Positions 27,724 to 42,800 of a DNA stretch of 64,000 bases are shown piece by piece. Below the pieces are notes generated by a model, which worked only from the letters and a program-made list of their open reading frames with translations, did no database searches and was not told the DNA's origin. Made by a program: the position numbers and the translations under genes. Numbering within the stretch: the stretch's first letter is position 1; each line of letters starts with the position of its first letter. This DNA is from Octopus vulgaris (taxonomy: Eukaryota): the NCBI GenBank assembly GCA_951406725.2, contig OX597820.1, positions 112,282,001-112,346,000 of the forward strand, written 5' to 3'.

Positions 27724-30700
27724 GTAAGTCTTGATCATGTGTTTACCCAATCCTTACAGTTGTTGCCTACTTCAATTCCATTTCCAATCTTTCACTCTCC
27801 CAAACTCTCTTGCAACTTCCTTCCACTCACTCTGTTGGTCCATCTGTCCCACTCACTGCTACCCACTTCATACCTTGAGGATTTAACTTCTCATCATCAC
27901 TAGTTCTATCTCTCACTGTCTCTTTTTCTTGCTCTCTCTCTCTCTTTCTGTTTTCAGCCCCACCTGATGTCCTGCCCTCTATTTTAAAATGTGAGTGGTC
28001 ATGTTGCTCCTGTACAGCAAAGAATCCCATTCTGCTCTGGCCTGTTTTCCCAAACTTTCACTAATCATCTCCTACCTGTTACCTTGGAACTTGTAGTCTT
28101 ACATATTGCATGCTAACCTCACATGTTCTGATGACACAAAAAATGCACCCAGTACATTTTGTAAAGTGGTTGGTGTGAGGAAGAGCATCCAGACTAAGGA
28201 ACTATGCCAAAGAAGACTTTAGAGCCCAGTGCAGTCCTTGGACTCATCAGGTCCTGTCAAAAACCATCCAACCCATGCTACCATGGAACATGCACATTAA
28301 ATATTGATGTGTGTATACAATCATTGGCAAACTAAGATGACAATCTGGCAGAATCGTTTGGGTATTTGTACATTTTGTGTACAAATGCTGCCCTGGTTTA
28401 ACTTTACCTCTCATCCCTCTGATAAAACAAAGTATCAGTCTGGTAGATTTCTGTGTGTATGTGCTTAATGAAAACGAAGGCAAATTACCTAACTCTAATT
28501 GAAGTCATATACATACAACTGTATGAAGTCAATTAACTCTTAAATTGTAGGAAAGGTTACATGAATGTGTGTTGCAGATGGGCAAAAAACTAAAAAAAGC
28601 TTTTTCTTATGGGTCATTTTTATACTTATTTTCACTTTATAAATAAATACAAAAATTATGTGCCATAAAATATTCACTTTCCTTTGCATCTAGTGTATGC
28701 ATAAATACATTTGAGATTCTAACATTGTTGCTGTCAAATGAAAGTAAAAATAGATAAAAATCAGTGGACTTTTTTTTCATCCAGAGTGGATGTCATCAAT
28801 TAATATTTCAGTTGAGAACAGCAGACGATATCAATTGATGTTTCAAAATTGTTAGAGCAGCCATCATCAATTGACACCTGAACATGTACTTCATCAAATG
28901 CACCTTATTGATGGGAGAAATTAAGTTGCACATGGAAGATTCATGCAGTGAAGAAGTTTTTTCTGATTTTCTTTCATCATCATCTGTGGTAGATGATGAT
29001 ACAGATGCTCTCGGCATCACAGAATAAAGTGATGCTTCAACTAACTCTAGATGAAAAAAGTCCACTGATTTTTCTCCATTTCTACCTTCATTTGACAGCA
29101 ACAATGCTAGAATCTCAAAAGTATTTATGCTTATACCAGATGCAAAGGAAAGTGAATATTTTATGACACATTTTTGTACTTATAAAGTGAAAATAAGTGT
29201 AAAAATGACCCATAAGAAAGAAAGATTTTTTAGTTTTTGGCCCATCTGCAACACACATTCATGTAACCCTTTCCTACAATTTAAGAGTTAATTGACTTCA
29301 TACAGTTGTATGTATATGACTTCAATTAGAGTTAGGTAATTTGCCTTCGTTTTCATTAATAACACACACACATACACCTCCTAGACTTAACTAACTCTGT
29401 TAATCTCAGGTGTATATTTTAATTATCTTTGTTAGACTCACGTGTCTAACAAAGGCTCTGGTATGTGTTACCTTAATTAGAACCAGTTATGTCTGTCTTT
29501 TTAATTAAATCTGGGTGTGACCCTACCACAGTTCTCAGGTGTATCAATCTCTTCATTGTGACATGTATATGTCTATGCATGTGTAGATGTAGTCAGATTT
29601 ATTTATCACTTTTAATTATTTTAATTGTATCTGTAAACATAAGTATTTTACTAATTTCTTGTTATTCAAGTATGTTTCTTTCCTGTCATCTTTGATAGAT
29701 TCTTGTGTGTCTTGCCTCCCTTATAAGGAAAATAAGAAAATGATAGGCTTATGAAGAACTATATTTATGATGAGATAAACATGTGGTCTAATGACAGATG
29801 AACTGCAGTAGTTATATATATATATATATAGTTAATCCAAACATGAAAATGCAACGAGAGAACACAACAACGTGAGGACGTGGAACAAGTATAGTATTAT
29901 TGGACGTTCAGGAAAGAAGGAGGGTTTAACGTTTCGAGCGGAGCTCTTTGTCAGAAACATAGGAAAAGGAAAAATCCAAAGAAGGGAAGACAGAGGAAAA
30001 AAAATCGCCAACAGTACACATGCAGTCACATTTTGAAATCATATATCTTATATATCACATTTTGAAATTATATATATATATAATTGAGAAGTTTTAAAAC
30101 TCATTGGTAAATGGTAACTAGAATAGCACTATGGCAGTGATACGTCAAAGAAAACTTGGGATAAAGTATTTATGTTACTGCAAAAATTGTAGAGCTGGTG
30201 GGTTAATGATTGTTGTGGTAGAAGTTATCTATAACTGAGGTAATTAGATACACCCTAAGAATTTTCTTATTTGCTGATTTTAAGAAGGCTCATGACCATA
30301 ATCCCTGAAAAGTCTGTTGGAATGGAATCGGGAAATTTGACAGTTCAGCTTTTGTAGTACATATGGAGTATATATACTACTGAATAAGGGTACTTAAAGT
30401 AAAAGTTACATAGAATAGTGTTCTGTATTATATATTTGGTTGGTTGAGAAGCAATGAGGCTGTTGTGATAGAATGATAGTTTAATAAATGAACCACTTCA
30501 GTCTAGTTTCTGCTTTTGTATGCTTATGATTTCTTTTGGTTGCTCCTAGTCTTGCTACATTACTTTTGTCTTTTCTTCTCCTTTCTTTGTTATCTATAAA
30601 TTTAGAAACCTTTCTGGTTAATTATATAATTTTATTAGTTTTAGGGTATAGATTTTATTTTAGTGTTGCTCTCCACCGTTGTCCCTTTATGCTATTTATC

Positions 30701-31274
30701 ACTTCCACCTCTCTGATTCATTCCTATTTCCCTTTATCTTCCCCAACAAACTGAGATTCATCATTGATCCACCTATGTTCACCATTAACTGCATTCATCA
30801 CTATCCCCATCTCCACTCCTTTACTCTCCCGAACGTACCCACCCAGTCATCCTTAATTCTTTGTCTCTACTTTCTCTTATACCCATCTTCATGTACCTTG
30901 AGGCCCTGACACCTCATATCCACCATACTTTCTCTCTTTCCAGCTTGGGTAGCCATGTATTTCCTCTACAATATGACACATGTACCTATCCCTCTATCAT
31001 ACTTCAACCTCTCAGCATCTGCATAGAACCACCTCTCTCATTACTATACCACCCACTGTGTCAAGGGTTCTCCACTTTCAAAGTACATGGTATCTCACTA
31101 GTGCTGGTGCAATGAAAAAAGTACCCAGTACACTCTGTAAAGTGGTTGACATCAGGAAGAACACCTAGCTATAGAAACTATGCCAAAGCAGACACTGGGG
31201 CTCAGTGTGTTTCTCTGGCTTTTTAAATCCTGTTGATCCATCCAACCCATGACAGCATGGAATATGAACTTTAA

Positions 31275-31325
<51 letters not shown>

Positions 31326-34300
31326 AGGATGATGATAAAAATACATGAGTTGTGACTCTTTTCATTTGTCTTTAAAACCTACTTTAATCCAGTCAAGTGA
31401 AGACCAAGTTCTGCAGGTTTCATCAATGTCTTGTGGTGTAGGGAAAAAAAATAAAGTATTTTGCTCAAGGCCTTTTCACAATGATCAAGTAAGCATATAA
31501 GTTGTAGGATTATAATATGTTTTGTCACTAGTATTGCCCTGTGCCCATAGCTAACATGATTTCTACTTACTGATCCTTGCCATCTTATTTATTCAAATAG
31601 TTATCATGTATATTTTGTTGTCTTTGCAAAAAAATGAAAAAAAATATATCAAAGAACCATCATCTGGTAAAGCTATTAACAAAGTAACACCCAAAAGAAT
31701 GAACCAGATCAACATGTCAGACAACTATAATTATTTCTGAAGTCGTAATGTCTCCTGTCTCTTCATTGTGTCTTATTGGGTCACATGCTCTCTTGGTCAT
31801 TTGTGTGATATATTTGCCATCTAATTCACATTTGTTTGCAAACACTTTTGTAATCCTTGTTTTATTATCTGTAAAACCACATGCTTGAGATGATACTTGT
31901 CTAAATAGGCAGTTTTTAATTTTGACAAGGACTTCAAAGTTTCAGCTTGCTTTGCCTTTATCAGATAGTCTGATCTGACAAAAGCAAGCAAGCCAAACTC
32001 TGAAGTTACTGTCAATCTTTTCCTTGTAAAAATTTTATAAACATGTAATGTACTCTACATTAAACTGAAGGATTATTTGAGTAATTCTTCAGTTTAATGT
32101 GATGTTGTTTTTATATATAACTTGACATACAAATGTGTGTGTGTGTGTGTGCATGCATAGTAAGGAGCTGGGAAGACCAGAGTTGAAATGAGGATGTAGT
32201 ACATGTGCGATAAGCTCAATGGATATATTGATTAGCAACAAAAGCCTTATAGAAACCACAATCCAAAAAAAAAAAAAAAAGAATTAAGAACTTTATTCTG
32301 TTTTCTATAAAAAAAAAATGAAAAAAATGTTTAACCCTTTAGCATTCAAACAGGCCATATACAGCCAAAATATTATACCCGTTTTATGTTTAAAGTGGCC
32401 AGATCTGGCCTTTCACACCTATCTTACAATATCATTCTGAAAATAAATGACCGATTGTCAAAACAATATGAATGAATAAGCATTACATTCGACAGATTAA
32501 TCTGAATGCTAAAGGATTACAAAAGTGTTTGCAAACAAATGTGAATTAGATGGCAAATATATCACACAAATGACCAAGAGAGCATGTGACCCAATAAGAC
32601 ACAATGAAGAGACAGGAGACATTACGACTTCAGAAATAATTATAGTTGTCTGACATGTTGATCTGGTTCATTCTTTTGGGTGTTGCTAAAGCATTACATT
32701 CGACAGATTAATCTGAATGCTAAAGGGTTGAGTTAAGGATTAAATATACAAGATCTTCAAATTTGTCTGTCTGAGAATAAATTCTCTCCCTTTTGATGAC
32801 ATGTCCTGCTTGGGGCAAACCATGTTTCCCTATGGAGATGTCAGTTGTTTCACCAATGGAGAAGTTCTCCCCGCACAAACACACACAAACACAATTTAAA
32901 ATTCGAAATATTGGGTCTTCAAATAATTTTTTATTGGTTGTCTTCTTTTTGGATATAAAATCCTTCAAGTTTTATTTTTTTTTTTGTCTTTTATATTTCT
33001 TTTACTTGTTTCAGTCATTTGACTGTAGCCATGCTGGGGCACCACCTTCAACAATAATGCCATTCCCAGTTTATTTCTGTTTCACACTTGAGACTAGTAT
33101 TTGAAATTCTTATCAACTCTGTTCAGTTATGTGGTTAGGGTGTTGGGTTCACAATCTTAATATAGGTTTGATTCATGGACTGGGTGAGGTGTTGTGTCCT
33201 TGAGCAAGCCACTTCATTTCACATTGCTGTAGTCTATCCAGTTGTAAATTAGCACCAGCCAACTGCTGGTGCAGCTCTTTCTTCCTTCACTTATTACAAC
33301 TGATGTAGGTGCTCTCTGGTTGGTTTTTACAACCAAACAGACGCTCTCCCATTAGCATCTCAGCCATAGGATATTAGGATGCATTCTTTTGTTTGGTGTA
33401 TGTCACTGGCCCTTTCAAGGTAGGATAATGCCAATGTAGAATTGCCATTCTTGGAATTGTCATTGTCATAACGTTCACTTTTCCATGCTTTCATAGGTTG
33501 GTTGCAATTTGTTGAGACTGATTTTCTACAGCTGGATGCCCTTCCTGTCACCAACCCTCACCTGGCTAGGCATGTTTTCATGGAAGATTGGGAATGAAGG
33601 TTACCACTTGTATAATGGTGATGCTCATTTACAACTATCATGCAATGTCAAGATTGGAGACAGGAACACGCATATGCACATAGTGTATATATATATATGT
33701 GTGTGTGTGTGTTGATAATTGCTCATACAGTAATAACCAATGTTCAAAGGATTCCTGTTTTAATGACTTGTTTACATGTTCTGTGAAGCAGCTACTTTGA
33801 GAAGTTGGCAATGGTTTGATTTCTTTTTTTTTTTTTCTATCTTTTATGTTTTCTAACGTTTTGGATTATTTTGCAGATTATCCACAGGAGATATCATCTT
33901 CGAAATTTGAATGTCTTCCTGAAAGTGCATTGGAGGCACCCATTTCTCTGGTAAGTTTCTCCATTTGGCATTTGTATATGACACAGGCTTCCCTCTAGTT
34001 CACATCCACAGGGTGCAGTAGAAAAAAACCTCCCTCTCTTGTTTCTCTGCATTTCAGCTTGTGAAATTAGCTTCCTGTAGCTAATGTTTTACCAATTTTT
34101 CACTTACCATCATCTTTAGACTGGTGCACACCATGCATTTTACAGTTCAAATGTTTGTCAACATATGAAATATTAACTGAAGCAATACAGGATAAAATGC
34201 CAAACATACACAACTGAATGCTTAGAGTAAGATTTGAATCTGTGATCAGTAAGTTGGTTGTCCAACACCACATTCACTTTTCATTTTGTATCTTCTATGT

Positions 34301-36039
34301 TTGGTTGCAGTCAAATTGTCTAGAGCGCTATGGGCTCTCTCAGACTAAATCAATCACCTGACATTGCATGGATGATTGTGGAACACTGCCATTTAATGCT
34401 TAAGGAAATCTTTGATAGGTGGGATGGGATATGTACTTAGAACTTCCTTATTTTGTGTGTTATTGACTCAAATGATCTGGGTTTGTAATCAACACAGTGA
34501 AAGGTGTTTAGAAATAGATTTGGCTGTTGTAATAAGTCATGTGACTTAGGAAGTTACTGTGTTTACATTCTGCTGTGGGTCTTCACTTGCTTTTGAAGCT
34601 GACACCATAATTTGTTAAAAAAATAGCTACCAATCTACAAAACCCAATCTCACCCAATTTTTAATCCATTTTACCATGTTTATAATGATTGGTGGATAAT
34701 GTTTGAAAATTTAGGCATTGAATACTTTGATATGTTTCTACATATCCCTGGGACAATTAAACTTATCTAACCCGCATATAAACTCTGTTGCCTGTGGTTC
34801 ATGTCAGATATCTGAATCAAGTAATAACATATATCTTGCTTGCATGACACAATGTATGTCTGTATGAATGAATGTGTAATTTTTCAGTATTTTTCCATTC
34901 TTTAGATTTTTTTAACAAAGGCTAACTAGTCAACTTGAACAAACCAAAACTGTCATGTTTTTTTCTCTTTTTTTTTCTCTCTCTTTCGCTGTTTGTCATG
35001 GTCTTATTCTGACTTTGTTCTGTCCTTGATAGAGCAAGTTTCAAATAACATTTGTTTTTTCAATACAACATGGATATTGTTACTGCTTTAGTAGAAATTC
35101 ATTGTAAAATTTTACTCTGGCAATTTCTCAGTTTTATCATTATGTGACCTTTTAAAGACTGAATATATTCATTGCCAGTCCTTCCTCTACAGCAGGCTAT
35201 AAATGAACAAGCTTAACATTGCTGAAACAACATTGTCATGACATTTAAGATGCTATAACTGCATGTCAGATAGTGCAGCATAATTCTCAACATGACAGGA
35301 GTATGGCATGACAAAAAGCTAGGATTGTGCAGATTGAATCTAGTTGTCCAACTTATTGCCCACAAACCATAGGCTTGTTTGAATCAGGACTGACCTCAAA
35401 ATATACAACATTGACCTTTTTTGGTACTTTCTTGTCTTTCAATTTCTTCTCCATTTGCCATATTATTACCTTGAAACTCTTAGTCTGTGGGTATTTGATA
35501 GGAATGTACTATATCTTTCAAAAATAATTTAAGATATAAACACAATTTAATGGGTGTGAAGTTATGGTTGCAAGACGACTGACCTTGTCATCATTTATTA
35601 GATTGATGATGATGATGATGATGATGAGCAACTTGGGTGGTGTTGGTAGTGATGTGATATTTTGTACCAGACATTGTATGTATGTGTGTTCCTGTGTGTG
35701 TGTGTATAATGACATAGTTATCAGTTGTATCACGGCAATGAGTAATATGGTTTCTGTAGAGTCTGAACACTGCTGCTTTGTTCTTCTGGTAAGTTCTACA
35801 GAGGAAGTTTGGAAATGATTTACCACATGATAAAAATGACAAGTTAAAATAAAGAAGTAAATATTTTTGCAACAAAATACTTGTTTATACACAAAGTTAC
35901 ATCTATTTATGTGTGTATACATTCATAAGTATATACAACTATATAAGTGCATGTTGGATATATGGACAGTGTTTGTACATATGTGTTGGGAAGAGGTGTA
36001 TGAATACACCTGTTTGGATAGACAAAGGTTCAACAGTTT

Positions 36040-36090
<51 letters not shown>

Positions 36091-36364
36091 TAGCAGTATC
36101 GCCCGGCGTTGCTCGGGTTTGTAAGTGAAATAACTATATAAGCATTTTTAGAGAGTTATAGCCAAAAAATAGCAAAAAAATGCATTAAAAATGGGGGAAA
36201 AAAATGATGGTAAATTTTTTTTAAAATCGTAGACTCATCATAGATGCGCGCTAATACCCAGAAGGGCTCGATATGAATCACGACTATAAGATAAGGTTAA
36301 ACTGCACCGCAAAATGTGAGAGTAGTTAGGAATCTAAATCGTAGGAGACAGACACACAACTTGA

Positions 36365-36417
<53 letters not shown>

Positions 36418-36729
36418 GAAGACATGTTCTTGTTTGTCTCCTGTCCTAGCTTGATTTACGTGTTTGCCACCACAACCTCGTCCTGTTTGTATTACCTATT
36501 TTGACCCTCTGCAAAATCCCAAATTAATTTGTTTTGCGGGAGCAACTGTTGTATCGAAAGTGTATATTGTTACAAGACTAGAAAAACAGCCAACAACTTA
36601 TGAAGGGTCGTTTGTTTTGTTTTTCATTTGTGTCTTTCTTTGTTCGAAAGAATAGTTCATCTTCCATGTATTTGTGCTACATACTTTTTTGTTGTACACG
36701 TTTCATGATGTCCAGTGCTCACATGTGCA

Positions 36730-36802
<73 letters not shown>

Positions 36803-36836
36803 TGTATAGATGTATGTATATATATGTATGTATATA

Positions 36837-36878
<42 letters not shown>

Positions 36879-39800
36879 TTATTTATATTATTATTATATA
36901 TATATATAGGCATGACTGTATTGTTAAGATGCTTCTTTCCCAACCATGTGATCTTGAGTTGAATCTCTTTACACTCCACATTGGGCAGGTGTCTTCCATA
37001 GTTACTGGCCGAGCAATGCCTTGCAAGTGGATTTGGTAGGCAGAAACCAAAAGAAGTCTGCCATGTGTGTGTGTGTGTGAATGTTATAGGACATCAACAA
37101 GAAAACTGATAAATTGTATGAAACAGAAACTCCCTAATTACCCCTGTAATTAGTAATGTAATGGAATCAAGTGATTGGCCTGTTAAAAACTGACAACCAA
37201 ACTTACTATTGTTGTTTTGCTCATAAAATATGATGTGAAATAGATAAATGTACAAAAGGTGACTGATAACCTAGACTTGGAACAGATTGAACTAGTGTCA
37301 CTTTATTATCAGCAGTTTGATCTAGTTTAGTAACCTAGTGAACTTGACATTTGTCTAATATTTAGTTAAATATTGCTCCAGAACCAATAGGGTGCCTCTA
37401 AATGGTCATTCAATCTGCTAGAAATAGCAGTTAAATTTCTCTTAAGCTAGTATGGATTGAACAGTTTGATAGCAAGTGGCAGGTCCAAGGACTGCATTGT
37501 GCTCCACAGTCTACAATAGCATTGTTTCTATGGCTGGATGCCCTTCCTAATGCCTTGCAGTGTGTAATGGGTGCTTTTTTTCATGCCATCATGCGTAAGG
37601 TCATCATACAGCTCTCAAAACTATGAACCCAAAGAGGGACAGTTTTATGCTAGGACATGAAGTACAAGAAAGGGCTAAACAACAGCAACAACAACCACCA
37701 ATGCTTAATCTATTACTACATTGCTGCAACATTATCAAATCCACAAACTAAGCCACTAACAAGCACTAATACCATCCATCTTAATTCTACAGCAGAGATG
37801 AAATTAAGCTGAGTAGATAATATATTGAACTACCTGGCCATGAATTTAAATGTTCCTTCTGTCATTTTGTTGTGTTTTTGTTACAATTTAGCTGCAGTTC
37901 AACCCTGCTTGTATAAACCTATCGAATTTAGTTGCTATTTTTAGCAAATTGAACACCAGATAGAGGTTCCTTCGTTAGTTGTTTCCTGCTGCTGGTGGTG
38001 GTAGTGGTGGTGGCTGTTGTTTATCTATAGTCAAGAGCTAACTCCACGAAAACAATGCTGTATGCACTCTAAATGAACGTTTACAAGTCCAATGTGATCT
38101 GTTCTATACCTACAACACTAGGATGTTGTTCATTTTATCACTTATCTTTGTTATCTGTTCTCATCTTCTGTATTTAACTGTTGATCTCTGTTTAAAATCT
38201 CTCCTTATTTACGTCACTTTTGCATATGTTGTTCTATTCAAGCTTCATCACTGTCTCCACCACCTTCTACCTGTCTAACCTCTTTCTTTCTTCCTTTTTC
38301 CTTCTTTGCAGAGCCATTCATTCTTTGTGCAGAAAAAAGTTGTGAGGGAATGGACGGTATACCACTGTCGGAATTGTGACATCACTACCCATGCTGTCTC
38401 TGATCAGCAGACTGGGGACAACCGCAAGTTTTTCATTGGTAAAAATATGGAGGTCAGTCTTTATGCTATCATGCATTTTTGCAGTGTAGAAGATCTAGAG
38501 TAAGGGTATGTGGTTGGGGTTTGAGTTATGTTGTCCTCATTGATCCATCGTAACATCCATGTAATGAATGCTGCTGCTGCTGCTCTTCTCCTCTTCCCCC
38601 TCCTCCTTCTCTTCCCCCTTCTCCTCCTCCTCCTCCTCCTCCTTCTCTTCTCTTCCCCTCCTCCTCCTCTCCTCTTCCCCCTTTCCTCTTCCCCCTCTCC
38701 TCTTCCTCCTCACCCCTCTTCCCCTTCCCCCTCCTCCTATTCAAGCTGTGAACCTTGTTAATTGATGAGTGAAAGCAGAAGATATGCTGTATGCTTACAC
38801 ATGGCACTTTTCAATATGGCAGAAATGTTTGGTCCTGAATGATGCCTACTTTATCTGTACTGGAAAATGTGAATTAAGGTGTAACCTATTTTATTGAATT
38901 GGTTGTTGGCCAGTTATTGGAGATGATTGATACGTCTTACAATGTCTTCATATTCTGGTATTAAAAACATAAACACTGTTTTTACTATTTTTGAAGGATT
39001 TAATTGCCTGAAGAGGACTTAAGACATAATTGCAAAGAATTTAATACAAAGTGAATTCAAAGACTCAATCTTTGGTGATGCAACAATGCTAATGATATTA
39101 ATAATTGTTTCTAATTTGGTACAAAGTCTAAGAGTTGTGGGAAAGAGTTAGTCAGTTAAACCTTTGATACCAACCTGCCTGAAACTACTCTTGGTTCTAT
39201 GGTACTAACTTACTTATTTAAAGTGGTTTAAATTAAAACCTACCATCAAAATTTTCATGCTAATTTATATTCTAAACACCAGCTTAACAAACGTATTAGT
39301 CTCTTAGTTTTATAATACAAACTTCTCTTCAAAATTTCATGTTAATTTATGTTCCAAATATTAGATTAATAAGGACAATGTTATTTTATGAAATTTTTCA
39401 TATTTTCAAAATTAATTGAAAGCAAGGCAGTGTATTCCTACAGAAATAAATTAATAAAAGGATTAAATCAGACCCCAGAATTTGATGGTACTTTACTCTG
39501 TCAATCTTTGAAAGGCAAAAATTGATGTTGGTGAAATTGAACTTTGAATGCAAAGAGCTCAAGCAAATGTCTCAAGACATTTTGTGGATACTTTAATGGT
39601 TCTGCCAATCATGATTTCTGTTATTGTTTTTCTCTTTTTTTTCTGTAAATAATGATAATGATAATTTCATAAAGCCCCAATATTTGGAAGGCAGATCTTT
39701 TAAAATCAGCCCTTGTACTTGAGTTGTACATATTTTATTAAACTCGGAAGAATGAAAAGCAGAGTTCATCATAACAGGATTTGAGGATTTGAATTCATCA

Positions 39801-42800
39801 ATTCGAGCAAAATAGCCAATTACAGGGCATTTTGTCCATCATTTTGCTTTTTACCAATAATAATCATAATAATAATAATAATGATAATATCAATATCAAT
39901 ATTAATATTTTACATCAGCATAAGGCTATGGATTTAGCAGGTAGGTATACATTCTGTTAGGAGGATTAAAAGAACAGTTGAACATGATAAAATTTGAACT
40001 CAGAATATAAAGCACTGTAACTAAATGCTTCGAAGCACTTTGCTTGCTTCTCTACCAATTACGCAAACTCTGTGGATCTTAATCCTCAAAAAGGGAAGTT
40101 CTGAAATCCTTGACAAAAAAAGTTCTGGGTCAGTCTTGATTATATTTACCTCTCTCCCTCTGTCTCTCTCTCCATCATCACTGACTTAATGTCTCTTCTT
40201 TATTCCAGCGTGATCCTACAGCTTTGGAATGTTTAAGGCGGTCAACTACTTTCTCTCCAGCTTTCCAGATAATACTCAATACGACAGTTCCCTTTTCTGG
40301 CAGCATGCCTGGTAGGTAGACCTGGTTTTCTTCACTTTTTGGTCTAAAGAAAAAATAAATGAAAGTATCACACAGTGGCACAATGTCAGTCTTATAGGAA
40401 GGAGAGCTATAATTATTTGAACGACAGTTCAGTATATTAATGGTGAGCACATGGATGACCAAGGTGATAAAGGCACCAAGAGATTCGGAGTTTGTATCTT
40501 GAGGAGATGCATTTTTTGTCTTCTTAATACTTTAGAATCTGAAGATGAACTTGGGTCCTGTGAACTTCAAGGGTCTAGTAAACAAAATTGTAATTATGTT
40601 CTGTAGAAATATAATGTGTATGGAAGTCTAAAGTATATAAATACACACAACTACCTGCTTCCTCTGCCCAATTTTTCAAGACATTCCCATCGCCCACTGT
40701 CTTTCTTTGTTCTACTGCTGTTATTAAATGTGAGCAAAACTGTATATTTCAGTTTTTCCCATATTCTACTTACTCCTCTTACTATTCAATCATTCTTAAT
40801 GCTAGTGTTTGTTGTTTCTTTATTACCCACAAGGGGCTAAACACAGAGAGGACAAACAAGGACAGACAAACGGATTAAGTCGATTACATCGACCCCAGTG
40901 CGTAACTGGTACTTAATTTATCGACCCCCAGAAGGATGAAAGGTAAAGTCGACCTCGGCTGAATTTGAACTCAGAACGTAACAGCAGACGAAATACTGCT
41001 AAGCATTTCGCCCGGTGTGCTAACGTCTCTGCCAGCTTGCCACCTTACTTGATGCTAGTGTTTGTGTCATGGAAAAATACCCAGTACATGATGAAGAGTG
41101 GTTTGGCATTGGGAAGGGAATCCAACAATAGAAACTATGGCAAAGCTGATGTTGGAGCTTGATGCAGTCTGCAATCCTGTTACATATTATCAAACCATTT
41201 AACCCATGCCATCATAGAATGTGGATGTTAAATGATGATGATAAGTTGAAGGTACTGGACTATAGATCACATGATCATAAGTTCAAAAGTAACTACACAC
41301 ACTGTTTCCTTGAACCAGATATTTAAGACATTGCTCCATTTCGTTTAACAGATTCTATTCCTACTTCAGAGTTGTGGTTAGTTGTAGGAAAAGCATCCTG
41401 GGGCAAACGTTATGGCCCCAACAAAAAGTGTAGAAAAATGGTTATTAACTAGTATTATTATTTACTTTTTCTAGAAAGATAAAAGGCCAAAATGACCCAA
41501 GAAAGATTTGAACTCAGTTTGGTGTAGTACCAAACAAGTTATATTGTAAAACGTCCCACAACATTTTAAGATCTCATCTGTCTTCAGTTCCCTTCTTAAA
41601 TCGTACATACAGAAAAATATATTTTATTGTTGGATTTGATTCCAGAAAAGGAAAAAAAAATATCTAGAACATCCTGGTGTTTGGAACGATGAATTGTAAC
41701 AACAAGCCAGATGTTGTGTATTAGTTGAGGGAAAGTTATGTGTTATATATTATATCTTAGTTTGTTTAATTAATTTTCCTAAATACAGACACCTCCTAAT
41801 TTAGTTTAACATCTTTCTGAATGTGACATTCAAATTTCTCTAATAAAAACGTCATTATCATAATTTATTGTTCCATGCTGGCATGGCTTGGACAGTTTGA
41901 CTGGATTTGATGAGTTTCAAGACTACATTGTACTCCTATGTGTGGGCTACTTGCCCTTCCTAACACTAACTACTTTTACTGGATGCCTTTTTTCATAGCA
42001 CCAGCATTAATGAGGTCACCATGCAGCCTGCAAAAATATGATCCTCTTTGACTGAGTGGTGTTTCAGAGAGGAGCAGCTTTATGCACAGAAGTGAGGGAG
42101 GTGGGGCCGGGGGTAAATTGTGAGAAAAGGGGCCCAGAACAGAACAGGTTTCTTGCAGTTAAGAAACTACATGGTTACTCACATTATTGAAGAGAGGGTG
42201 GGAGTAATTAGGGTGGAGCTAGAAAGAAAGATAGAAATAGTGGTGATAAGTTGTCAGAGTGGACTCTCAAAGCTGAGTTGAAGTGAATGGGGACAGGAGA
42301 ACAGGAAGTGTGGGTGGTTAGAGGTTGCAAGAATGCATAGGAAAGTGTGGGATAGGGAGTGGATGAGAGGATGAAATAAAATTAGAAAAAAAGTCTAAAT
42401 AGTAATAGTGGTGTGATGAGAAATACTCACCAAATACTGCCCCCCCCCCAATACATAAATATACTAGAAATATAAATATTCCTTTACAGTATCTTGTAAG
42501 AATTCCCACATAATGAGTGGTATGTCTAAATATAAATACTTGTAGCAATTTCTAAAAATAGGTGGAAATTGAAATAAAGGGTTGGCTAAATGCCTTGTGA
42601 TATTTGTTCTGTCTCTCTGCTCTCTGAGTTCAGATCCTTCTGAGATCAACTATGCCTTTTATCCTTTCAAGGTCAGTAAGAAAAAAAAAATGTACCAGCC
42701 CAGGGTTGTGGATGGGTGGAACTGTTACAGTGTTGGATGAGATGTGTATTGATATGTTTTGGCTCTGTTTTCAGAGTTCAAATTCCACTTATGTGTTGAT

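Noticed and set aside
38526-38807. Gly/Glu/Arg-rich and Leu/Pro/Ser-rich ORFs
   Set aside because: Translations of an intronic polypyrimidine tract.
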